Assembly: GCF_000376425.1 (NCBI RefSeq)
Contig: NZ_AQWL01000001.1
Location: forward strand, 348,846 to 380,845
Source of the DNA: Thiobacillus denitrificans DSM 12475
GTDB taxonomy: Bacteria > Pseudomonadota > Gammaproteobacteria > Burkholderiales > Thiobacillaceae
Reading direction: 5' to 3'
Length of the DNA stretch: 32,000 nt
The position numbers and the translations under genes were made by a program. Below the pieces are notes generated by a model. It did no database searches. It saw only the letters and a program-made list of their open reading frames with translations, and was not told the DNA's origin. Below, piece by piece: positions 8,799 to 16,136 of the stretch. The first letter of the stretch is position 1. Each line of letters opens with the position of its first letter.

Positions 8799-9233
8799 AT
8801 GTCGAATGGGGTGAGTTCGTTCGCGCAAGGCGTGCGAGAGCTGTTTGTAGTCGCGACGGTATTTTCTTTGTTTACCGTAATTTTTTACGGAGCAAACGCC
8901 GCTGCAAACAATCAAGGATTCAAAGGGTGGTCTTGGTATATAAATCAAGCACTTTTCGACAGTGCAGAAGAAGCCTGTAAGGCCTACCCTCCCTACAATT
9001 ACACGTACTCCCCTAATACAAACTGTTGTTATTTTGAGTTTACTGGAGTGTTGGCCAACCCGGCCTATCCCCAGTACAAGGACTGTCAATTTGCGATTGT
9101 CAACCTGACTGATCCGTTATACAACGATCCATCCAAAAGCAGACTTACGGTTTATCCATACTTCGACACTGTCTCTGGTAGAACGCAGGTAATTCGTGCC
9201 CGACAACGCCCAATCCAATTACGATCGGCATAG
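8799..9233 (+). CDS. signal-peptide N-terminal segment of the Rhs protein, out of frame with the core (probable frameshift)
   Basis: ATG preceded by GGGGAGGGAAG. Sec-like signal (LFVVATVFSLFTVIFYG-ANA|AANN). Four Cys. The ORF terminates at 9233, inside the region where the rhs frame is already open (from 9182). Confidence 0.55.
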   Translation: MSNGVSSFAQGVRELFVVATVFSLFTVIFYGANAAANNQGFKGWSWYINQALFDSAEEACKAYPPYNYTYSPNTNCCYFEFTGVLANPAYPQYKDCQFAIVNLTDPLYNDPSKSRLTVYPYFDTVSGRTQVIRARQRPIQLRSA

Positions 9234-12200
9234 GCAATAAGTTTCTAGCTGAGACCGATAGTAATACCAGCACACAAACGCTGACTCTGCGACGCTATTA
9301 CAACAGCGTATCGCCTGTGACTACTAGCTTTGGAGTGAGTTGGCGGCACTCATATAAACGTCAAATTTTCTTGAGTACGTCAACGGCGGTGACAGTGAGA
9401 CGTCCTGACGGAAAGTCACTTAACTTTCAACTGAGCGGCAGCACTTGGATTGGTGACGCCGACATTGCCGATACCCTAGTCCAACTTTCCAGCTCCGCTG
9501 GCTGGCGCTACACCATGGCCGCCGACGACTCCGTCGAACTCTACGATGCGAGTGGTAAGCTGCAATCACTCACCGACCGCGCCGGCCGCACCGAAACTCT
9601 AACTTACAGCGACGGCACCGCGGGTACTAATGGCGGCTACGTCCTCGACGCCTTTGGCAGCCCGACCCTGGCCGTTCTTTCCGTCGGCCAATTGATTCGC
9701 GTCACCGACGCTACCGGCAACGTCCTCAATTTCGGTTACGACGCCTTGTCCCGCATTATCAAGCTGACCGATCCTTCCGGCGGAATCTACGCTTACGTTT
9801 ACGACACAAACGGCAATCTCGTCTCCGTCCAGTATCCCGACGGCAAGAGCAAGACCTACCTATACGAGAACCCTACTTTCCCGCATGCCCTAACCGGCAT
9901 CGTTGACGAGAATGGCGACCGCTACGCCACCTACCGCTACGACAGCCAGGGACGCGCCTACGACGAAGACCACGGCGGCTCGGTCGATCACTACAATCTC
10001 GCCTACACCACGGACGCCAATGGCAACCCCGTCTCGACCACCGTCACCGACCCCATGGGTACCCAGCGCACCTACAACTTCACTACCATATTGGGTGCCG
10101 TCAAGAGCACCGGCGTCTCCCAGCCCGGCGGCTCCGGCTGCAGCGCTGCGTCCTCCGCCATAGCCTACGACGCCAATGGCAACGTCGCCAGTCGCACTGA
10201 CTTCAACGGCCACACTACCTGCCACGCCTACGACCTGACGCGCAACCTCGAAATCGCCCGCGTCGAAGGCCTGGCATCCAGCACCAACTGCCCGAGTAAC
10301 CTCGCTACCTACACCCCCACCGCCAATAGCGTCGAGCGCAAGATACTCACCCAGTGGGACAGCCGCTTCCGCCTGCCCGTCAAGATCACAGAGGCCGGTC
10401 GCGAAACCAGCACCGTCTACGACAGCCGTGGCAACCCTACCATCCGCAGCATCAAGGACCTCGCCAGCGGCCAGACTCGCACCTGGAGCACCAGCTACAC
10501 CTACCATGCCAGCGTTCCCGGCGTCCTAGTCCAGAAAATTGAAGACGGCCCGCGCACCGACGTCAGCGATCTCACCACCACAGACTACTACGCCCCCGAC
10601 GAGAACTGCACCGGCGATCCCCTGGGCTGCCGTGGCCAGCTCAAGCAGATCACCAATGCTCTCGGCCACATCACAACCTATGACGAATACGACGCCAACG
10701 GCCGTGCCCTCCGGATCACCGACCCCAACGGCCTCGTCAGCACTTATACCTATAGTCCGCGCGGCTGGCTCGAAACCCGCAGTGTCGGCGGTGAGCTGAC
10801 CCGCTTCGACTACGACTACGTCGGCCAATTGATCAAACTCGCCCGTCCTGACGGCAGCTACGTCAGCTTCGAATACGACCCCGCCCACCACCTCACCACC
10901 ATTGTCGACCAGGACGGCGGCCGCCTCACTTACACCTTCGACGCCATGGGCAACCGCACTCATGAAGCGATCACCGGCCTCGGCGGCAGCACCGTCTACT
11001 ACGCTCACAGCCGCACCTTCGACGCCTTGGACCGCCTGTGGCAGGACATCGGCGCCGCCAACCAGACCGTCACCTACCAGTACGATGCCCAGGGAAACCT
11101 GAAACAGATCGACGGCGCCCGCACCGACGTCGCCGACGTCACCAGCCACGGCTACGGCGCCCTCGACCGCCTCATCCAGACGCTGAACGCCGACGGCGGC
11201 GTCGAGCAATACAAACCCAACACCCTCGGCCAGGTCACAAACGTTGTCGATCCGGCCAACCAGGCCACCGTCTACACCCGCAACGCCTTCGGCGACATCG
11301 TCCAGACCCAGAGCGCGGGCACCGGCACCACCACCCGCACCTTCGACGGAGCCGGCAACACCAAGACCGAGACCGACGCGCGGAACGTGACCGCCACCTA
11401 TAGCTACGACGCCTTGAACCGGCTTGTCCAGAAACAGAGCAGCCAGAGCGGTGCTCCGGTCTACCAGTATTTCTACGACGACTGCGGCAAAGGCTTCCTG
11501 TGCTGGGTACAGCGCAACGGCAGCTTCCACCTTTACTTCAGCTACGACCTACACGGCCGGCAGACCTACCAGCTATCCGCCATCGACAACTGGTACTTCG
11601 GTGTGTACAGCTACCGCCCCGGCGGACAGATCGAGACTGTGACTTATCCCAGCGGCCGCAGCGTCACCTACGGCTACGACGCCCAGGGGCGTGTCAGCCA
11701 GGTGAAGACCCGCAAGAACGCGGCCGACTCCGAGACCGTGCTGGCAAGCAACTTCAGCTATATCTACCCTTTCACCGGCCCGCAGAGCTTTAGCTACGGC
11801 AACGGCAGCGGGTTCTATCTAAGACGCGACCAGGACTATCGCCCTTCGTACCATTTCGACGGCCCGAGCTACAAACTCTATGGCCACGACCTCGCCGGCA
11901 ACGTTGCCAGCATCGTGGACATCAACAATACCCTGCTGACTTACGCCTATGACAGCACCGGCCGTCTCGTCTCCGCCATTGACAGCGCCGCCAACAGCTT
12001 CGGCAGCCTTGCCTGGGCTTACGACAAGAATGGCAACCGCCAGAGCGAGACCCGCAACGCCGGCACCATGCCCTACGTCTACAGCCCGCCCAACTGGCTG
12101 TATCAGGCCGGCAGCGATACGCGAACCAGAACCGCCTACGGCAACACCGCATCCACCAGCACTGCCAGCTTCACTTACGATGGCTACAACCGGCTTGCCA

Positions 12201-13012
12201 CCAGCCAGACCGCAAGCGAAACCACCACCTACAGCTACAACGCCCTCGGCCAGCGCATCAGGAAGATCAACCAGAACGGACTTGCCACCGCTTTCCACTA
12301 CGGCCCGAACGGCGAACTGCTGTACGAGCAGGACCAGGCCGGCAACACCAAGGCCTACGTCTGGCTCGACGGAAGACCATTGGCAAGAATCGACAACAAC
12401 GCACAGATTTATTACTACCACGTCGATCATCTGGGGACGCCGCAAGCAATGACGAACAGTATGGGAACCACTGTGTGGAAGGCGAACTACGAGCCGTTCG
12501 GCAAGGCGACAGTGACGACCAGCACTGTCGAGAATAACCTGAGACTGCCAGGGCAGTACTTCGATCGGGAGACGAACCTGCATTACAACTACGCAAGGGA
12601 TTACGATCCGGGGACGGGCCGGTATATCGAGGCCGATCCGATCGGGCTCAGTGGCGGCATTAATCTCTACACCTATGCGGAGGGGAATCCCGTCACGAAG
12701 ACAGACCGGTTAGGATTATTTTGTGGGTCGGGTTGGAACGAGGTATTTGTTCCCGATTTATTTCCGGGCGGCGTCGATTTTTCCTCTGCATGTCATAAGC
12801 ACGATATTTGTTACAGTAAGTGCGGTACGCAAAAAAACTCATGTGACCAGAATCTACTGTCGGATGCGCTCGCAGAATGTGAAAAATCCCCTCTCAACTC
12901 CCTTGTCCGAAATCAATGCATGATGACTGCCACTTGGTACTGGGAAGCCGTAGGCCGGTGGGGACAAGGTGCTTTCGACAACGCGCAACGTAGTTGCAGC
13001 TGTAAACAGTGA
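9182..13012 (+). CDS. RHS/YD-repeat toxin (core plus C-terminal toxin domain)
   Basis: The frame is open from 9182 and already encodes Rhs N-terminal motifs (NPITIGIGNKFLAETD, LTLRRYYNS, FGVSWRHSY). There is no ATG/GTG/TTG before GTG 9317, the track start. Dozens of YD repeats (YDxxGR/N), then YYYHVDHLGTP and PGQYFDRETNLHYNYARDYDPGTGRYIEADPIGL-x18-DRLGL, then a 97-aa CT. Confidence 0.9.
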   Translation, partial: NAGNSCPTTPNPITIGIGNKFLAETDSNTSTQTLTLRRYYNSVSPVTTSFGVSWRHSYKRQIFLSTSTAVTVRRPDGKSLNFQLSGSTWIGDADIADTLVQLSSSAGWRYTMAADDSVELYDASGKLQSLTDRAGRTETLTYSDGTAGTNGGYVLDAFGSPTLAVLSVGQLIRVTDATGNVLNFGYDALSRIIKLTDPSGGIYAYVYDTNGNLVSVQYPDGKSKTYLYENPTFPHALTGIVDENGDRYATYRYDSQGRAYDEDHGGSVDHYNLAYTTDANGNPVSTTVTDPMGTQRTYNFTTILGAVKSTGVSQPGGSGCSAASSAIAYDANGNVASRTDFNGHTTCHAYDLTRNLEIARVEGLASSTNCPSNLATYTPTANSVERKILTQWDSRFRLPVKITEAGRETSTVYDSRGNPTIRSIKDLASGQTRTWSTSYTYHASVPGVLVQKIEDGPRTDVSDLTTTDYYAPDENCTGDPLGCRGQLKQITNALGHITTYDEYDANGRALRITDPNGLVSTYTYSPRGWLETRSVGGELTRFDYDYVGQLIKLARPDGSYVSFEYDPAHHLTTIVDQDGGRLTYTFDAMGNRTHEAITGLGGSTVYYAHSRTFDALDRLWQDIGAANQTVTYQYDAQGNLKQIDGARTDVADVTSHGYGALDRLIQTLNADGGVEQYKPNTLGQVTNVVDPANQATVYTRNAFGDIVQTQSAGTGTTTRTFDGAGNTKTETDARNVTATYSYDALNRLVQKQSSQSGAPVYQYFYDDCGKGFLCWVQRNGSFHLYFSYDLHGRQTYQLSAIDNWYFGVYSYRPGGQIETVTYPSGRSVTYGYDAQGRVSQVKTRKNAADSETVLASNFSYIYPFTGPQSFSYGNGSGFYLRRDQDYRPSYHFDGPSYKLYGHDLAGNVASIVDINNTLLTYAYDSTGRLVSAIDSAANSFGSLAWAYDKNGNRQSETRNAGTMPYVYSPPNWLYQAGSDTRTRTAYGNTASTSTASFTYDGYNRLATSQTASETTTYSYNALGQRIRKINQNGLATAFHYGPNGELLYEQDQAGNTKAYVWLDGRPLARIDNNAQIYYYHVDHLGTPQAMTNSMGTTVWKANYEPFGKATVTTSTVENNLRLPGQYFDRETNLHYNYARDYDPGTGRYIEADPIGLSGGINLYTYAEGNPVTKTDRLGLFCGSGWNEVFVPDLFPGGVDFSSACHKHDICYSKCGTQKNSCDQNLLSDALAECEKSPLNSLVRNQCMMTATWYWEAVGRWGQGAFDNAQRSCSCKQ
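12719..13009 (+). other. CT1 toxin domain of main Rhs, phospholipase A2-like motifs
   Basis: Begins right after DRLGL. Carries FCGSGW and ACHKHDICYSKC, has 9 Cys in 97 aa and ends RSCSCKQ. GC drops sharply here. Confidence 0.6.
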
Positions 13013-13019
13013 GAGAAAT

Positions 13020-13316
13020 ATGGAAGAGAAAACAGTAGGAGTTCTAGTCTTCACAGCGCTAACATTGCTGAACAGTATAGGTTGCCATTATTTTATTCGT
13101 TCCTATTTCTTAGCCAGCATGTTTGCTGCTGGCCTAACGACAATCATCGGTCAATTAGCTTTCAGAATCCATTATGGGTACTGGGATCCATTCTTAATGA
13201 TTTCATTGGTGACAATGAGTTTGCTTGCATTGTTGCTTTCCCTCGCCATAGGCCTCCCATTTTATCTAAGTCGGCGCTGGCGCCGACGCCCCTACAAATC
13301 AAATGGGCCGAGCTGA
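13020..13316 (+). CDS. putative immunity protein 1 (small 3-TM membrane protein)
   Basis: ATG at 13020, 8 nt after the rhs stop, preceded by GAGAGA. 98 aa with three hydrophobic helices. Low GC. Assigned from its position directly 3' of the toxin domain. Confidence 0.6.
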   Translation: MEEKTVGVLVFTALTLLNSIGCHYFIRSYFLASMFAAGLTTIIGQLAFRIHYGYWDPFLMISLVTMSLLALLLSLAIGLPFYLSRRWRRRPYKSNGPS

Positions 13317-14007
13317 CGTCTGGCTCGACGGCCGCCCGCTCGCCTGGATCGATAACGACGCGCAGATTTATTACTATCACGTCGATCACCTGGGGACGCC
13401 GTGGGCGATGACGAACCAAGCAGGAACGGTCGTCTGGAAGGCGAACTACGAACCCTTCGGCAAGGCGACGGTGACGATCAATACGGTCGAGAATAACCCC
13501 AGACTTCTTGGGCAGTACTTCGACCGGGAGACCGGGATGCAGTACAACTACTTTAGGGGTTATGACCCGACAACGGGCCGGTATATCGAGGCCGATCCGA
13601 TTGGGTTGCAAGGGGGCATGAATCTCTATGCCTATGTTGAAGGAAATCTGCTGAGTTACGTGGATCCCAATGGCCTCACAAAAGTCCATGGCAATTGGTG
13701 TGGCCCTGACTGGACTGGTGGCCACGCTGAGCAGTACACACCAGTGAGTGCCAAGTTATATTCCCCCCCTGTTGATGGCTTAGATACGGCCTGTCAATCA
13801 CATGACATTTGCTATTACCAATGCCGTAAGGCTCATCCCTGTGATCCTCCTAAAAGATCTACCTGCTTTAGGTCTTGCGATGGGCAATTAACAATAGATG
13901 CGTCTTGGGGAGAGAGCATTATGTCATCCGTAATTGTGCGAACAATGCAAAGAAATGGCATTAGGGACCCAGGGCCAAACAGTACAAATTGTTCCTGCGG
14001 AGAATAA
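13303..14007 (+). CDS. orphan Rhs C-terminal module 2 (core tail plus PLA2-like CT2)
   Basis: Homology to main rhs (from YVWLDGRPLARIDNNAQIYYYHVDHLGTP) starts about 13315, at the immunity-1 stop. DPIGL-x18-DPNGL, then CT2 (13678-14004) with NWCGPDWTGG and ACQSHDICYYQC. 9 Cys, ends NCSCGE. Confidence 0.8.
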   Translation: MGRADVWLDGRPLAWIDNDAQIYYYHVDHLGTPWAMTNQAGTVVWKANYEPFGKATVTINTVENNPRLLGQYFDRETGMQYNYFRGYDPTTGRYIEADPIGLQGGMNLYAYVEGNLLSYVDPNGLTKVHGNWCGPDWTGGHAEQYTPVSAKLYSPPVDGLDTACQSHDICYYQCRKAHPCDPPKRSTCFRSCDGQLTIDASWGESIMSSVIVRTMQRNGIRDPGPNSTNCSCGE

Positions 14008-14050
14008 CCACAGAAATATTTCCACTAGTGCATCGAAAGGGATTTAAAAC

Positions 14051-14329
14051 ATGCTTTTGTCTATAGGCATCACAGCTTTCGCCTCAATACTGACAGCATT
14101 TTTATGTTGGAGATTAAAAAGTCTAGCTTTACGGATTGCGATAGTTGCGCTGATCTCATTTAGTGTTTCTTATGTACTTTACTGGTTGCCGGTTTGGCGA
14201 GGAGCAACGGATGACCAATATTCAACATGGGCTCCGATGGTTATTGGTATTTGCTTTGTGGCGGGACTCATTGGTGGCGGGATAGGACTCTTGGTCGTAG
14301 CTTGGAAAAAAGCGAGGCAAATACCATAG
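14051..14329 (+). CDS. putative immunity protein 2 (small 3-TM membrane protein)
   Basis: 92 aa, AAAGGGA RBS, three hydrophobic helices, low GC, immediately 3' of CT2. Confidence 0.6.
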   Translation: MLLSIGITAFASILTAFLCWRLKSLALRIAIVALISFSVSYVLYWLPVWRGATDDQYSTWAPMVIGICFVAGLIGGGIGLLVVAWKKARQIP

Positions 14330-14330
14330 C

Positions 14331-14944
14331 GGCCACATCGCCACCAACGGCTACGACGTCGAAGGGCGCATCAGTCAGAAAAGACAAATGAAAGACAAAT
14401 GGGGTCACGATTATGCAACAAGTACCACCGCGAGCGAGACGACGACCTACACCTACAATGCCCAGGGTCAGCGCATCAAGAAGATCAACCAGAACGGGCT
14501 CGCCACCAGCTTCCACTACGGCCCCGACGGCGAACTACTGTACGAGCAGGACTAGGTGGGCAACAACAAGGTCTACGTCTGGCTCGACGGACGATCGCTG
14601 GCGCGGATCGACAACAACCAGCAGGTCTACTACTACCACGTCGATCGCCCCAGCACGCCGTGGGCGATGACGGACCACAAGCAGGGACGATCGTCTGGAA
14701 GACGAACTATGAGCCGTTCGGTAAGGCGACGGTGACGACCAGCACTGTCGAGAATAACCTGAGGCTGCCAGGGCAGTACTTCGATCGGGAGACGAACCTG
14801 CATTACAACTACGCAAGGGATTACGATCCGACAGCGGGCCGGTATATCGAGGCCGATCCGATTGGGCTTGAAGGGGGCCTAAATGTTTACAGCTATGTGA
14901 ATGGCAATCCGTTAAACAGGATTGATCCGAAGGGACTGGACTAA
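14331..14944 (+). pseudogene. orphan Rhs core tail 3, degraded
   Basis: The Rhs-like frame starts at 14331 (NGYDVEGRISQ...TASETTTYTYNAQGQRIKKINQNGLATSFHYGPDGELLYEQD). In-frame TAG at 14553-14555. A 1-nt deletion near 14686 shifts the frame. HVDHLGTP is changed to HVDRPSTP. The tail ends DPIGL-x18-DPKGLD followed by TAA 14942-14944. Confidence 0.8.
14381..14402. repeat. 11-nt tandem duplication at an orphan-module junction
   Basis: AAGACAAATGA AAGACAAATGG. Confidence 0.5.
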
Positions 14945-15235
14945 GTGCCACCGCTGGTTCCGCCTGCAGCTAATGGCAACTATTCAACCGATTTTACAAA
15001 GCAAGATGGTGTTTGCAGCGCTCCCGCAGGTGTTCTAAATGGCAACTCTTGTACGCGCAAATGCTGTGAAAACCACGATAATTGCTACACCAAATACCAC
15101 TGCAATGCATCATCATGGATTAGCAATTTACTGGGTTACGGCTTTGCATGTCAGCAATGCAATGCTGAGGCAGAAAAATGCGTCATCGAAAATCTTGAAA
15201 AACATGACTGTGATAGCGATAAGTGTAAGAAGTGA
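14945..15235 (+). CDS. CT3, PLA2-like toxin ORF separated from its Rhs tail by an in-frame stop
   Basis: GTG directly after the TAA, in the same frame as the Rhs tail. 96 aa, 11 Cys, KCCENHDNCYTKYHC (compare the sPLA2 active site CCxxHDxCY). Confidence 0.6.
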   Translation: MPPLVPPAANGNYSTDFTKQDGVCSAPAGVLNGNSCTRKCCENHDNCYTKYHCNASSWISNLLGYGFACQQCNAEAEKCVIENLEKHDCDSDKCKK

Positions 15236-15246
15236 GGGCTCATCTC

Positions 15247-15615
15247 ATGAATAAACCTATTGGGACGCTATTCGCACTAGCAATTGCTTTTTTTTTTATT
15301 GCTTTAGGCATATGGCACATTTTGGGGGGTGCGGCGCCACTTGGTGGTAGTCAGGGAGACACATCTTTTTTTCCGGTATGGTATCCCGTTATGATTCTTT
15401 GCGCGGGATTGCTTGGCTTTTTCTTCCCATCTGCCGCTTGGCTAGTAGGGCCGATGATGCTGGCGACACAAAGCGTGTTGGACGTTTGGTTCTCTCCTTA
15501 TGAAGCAAATCTTTGGCCAATTGGCATGGCTATACAATTCGTCTTGGCGATTCCCCTGGTTCTTTCTGGACTTGGCGGTCGATTCCTCACAAAAATAATA
15601 AAACGGGCGGATTAA
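15247..15615 (+). CDS. putative immunity protein 3 (small 4-TM membrane protein)
   Basis: ATG 15247 preceded by GAGGG at 8 nt (the track start GTG 15232 is less likely). 122 aa, about four hydrophobic helices, low GC. Confidence 0.6.
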   Translation: MNKPIGTLFALAIAFFFIALGIWHILGGAAPLGGSQGDTSFFPVWYPVMILCAGLLGFFFPSAAWLVGPMMLATQSVLDVWFSPYEANLWPIGMAIQFVLAIPLVLSGLGGRFLTKIIKRAD

Positions 15616-15640
15616 CGAAGCGCAATCCGCTTGGTGGCTG

Positions 15641-15668
15641 AATCAAAGGCAATCAAAGGGAATCACAA
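15641..15668. repeat. 10-nt tandem repeat at an orphan-module junction
   Basis: AATCAAAGGC AATCAAAGGG AATCACAA, immediately 5' of the orphan-4 core tail. Confidence 0.5.
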
Positions 15669-16136
15669 TACAACTACTTCAGGGATTACGATCCGGGGAC
15701 GGGCAGGTACCTGGAATTCGACTTGATTGGGTTGCGCGGCGGGCTCAACGGGTACTTATACGCGAACGCCGATCCGCTGACCTATACCGATCCTTTTGGA
15801 CTTGCGCCACCCACTATTTGCAATGGCCAGGATTGTGTAAATCCGCCATACGATCCGACACCCAGCGGTCTAAGACCAAGCCCGCAGCCGCGCCCTGATG
15901 GAAAGCCGCCCCGTGAATCGGGCCAGCCTGCACGCTACGATATTTGTCAGGATTTTGATCTGTTGAAAAAGCCGTGCAAAACTTGTGTTGACCTTGCATG
16001 TAATGTCTCGGCGGGCACACGCCAACTCTGCTGTGACGTTGATTTCCGCGACTGTTTTGCCAACGCGATCGACAATCCAGGAAAGCTGGCTGAATGCAAT
16101 GCGAAGCGGGCAGCCTGCGCGTTTAGGGGACGCTAA
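15666..16136 (+). CDS. orphan Rhs C-terminal module 4 (46-aa core tail plus Cys-rich CT4 of unknown activity)
   Basis: QYNYFRDYDPGTGRYLEFDLIGL-x18-DPFGL, then a 110-aa CT (15804-16133) with 11 Cys, no His, and a Pro-rich linker. No ATG or GTG is available; the track uses TTG 15723. Confidence 0.65.
   Translation, partial: QYNYFRDYDPGTGRYLEFDLIGLRGGLNGYLYANADPLTYTDPFGLAPPTICNGQDCVNPPYDPTPSGLRPSPQPRPDGKPPRESGQPARYDICQDFDLLKKPCKTCVDLACNVSAGTRQLCCDVDFRDCFANAIDNPGKLAECNAKRAACAFRGR

Noticed and set aside
8799-9233. The 144-aa ORF as an independent secreted protein or Rhs accessory factor
   Set aside because: This remains possible. However, the Rhs frame opens 52 nt before its stop, already encodes conserved Rhs motifs and lacks any start codon, so a frameshifted single gene explains the data better.
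9400-12400. Periodic repeats in the rhs core as a possible CRISPR or tandem DNA repeat
   Set aside because: The periodicity is at the protein level (degenerate YD repeats). There are no identical direct repeats separated by unique spacers.
9890-12596. Minus- and alternate-frame ORFs inside rhs (9890-10507, 10526-11530, 11819-12583, 11949-12452 and others)
   Set aside because: These are shadow frames of the repetitive YD-repeat coding sequence. Their translations are Gly/Ala/Val or Pro/Thr/Arg runs.
15804-16133. CT4 as a fourth PLA2-like toxin (CCDVDFRDCF resembles CCxxHDxC spacing)
   Set aside because: The domain has no histidine and no xCGxG loop, so the catalytic dyad is absent. It is reported as of unknown activity instead.
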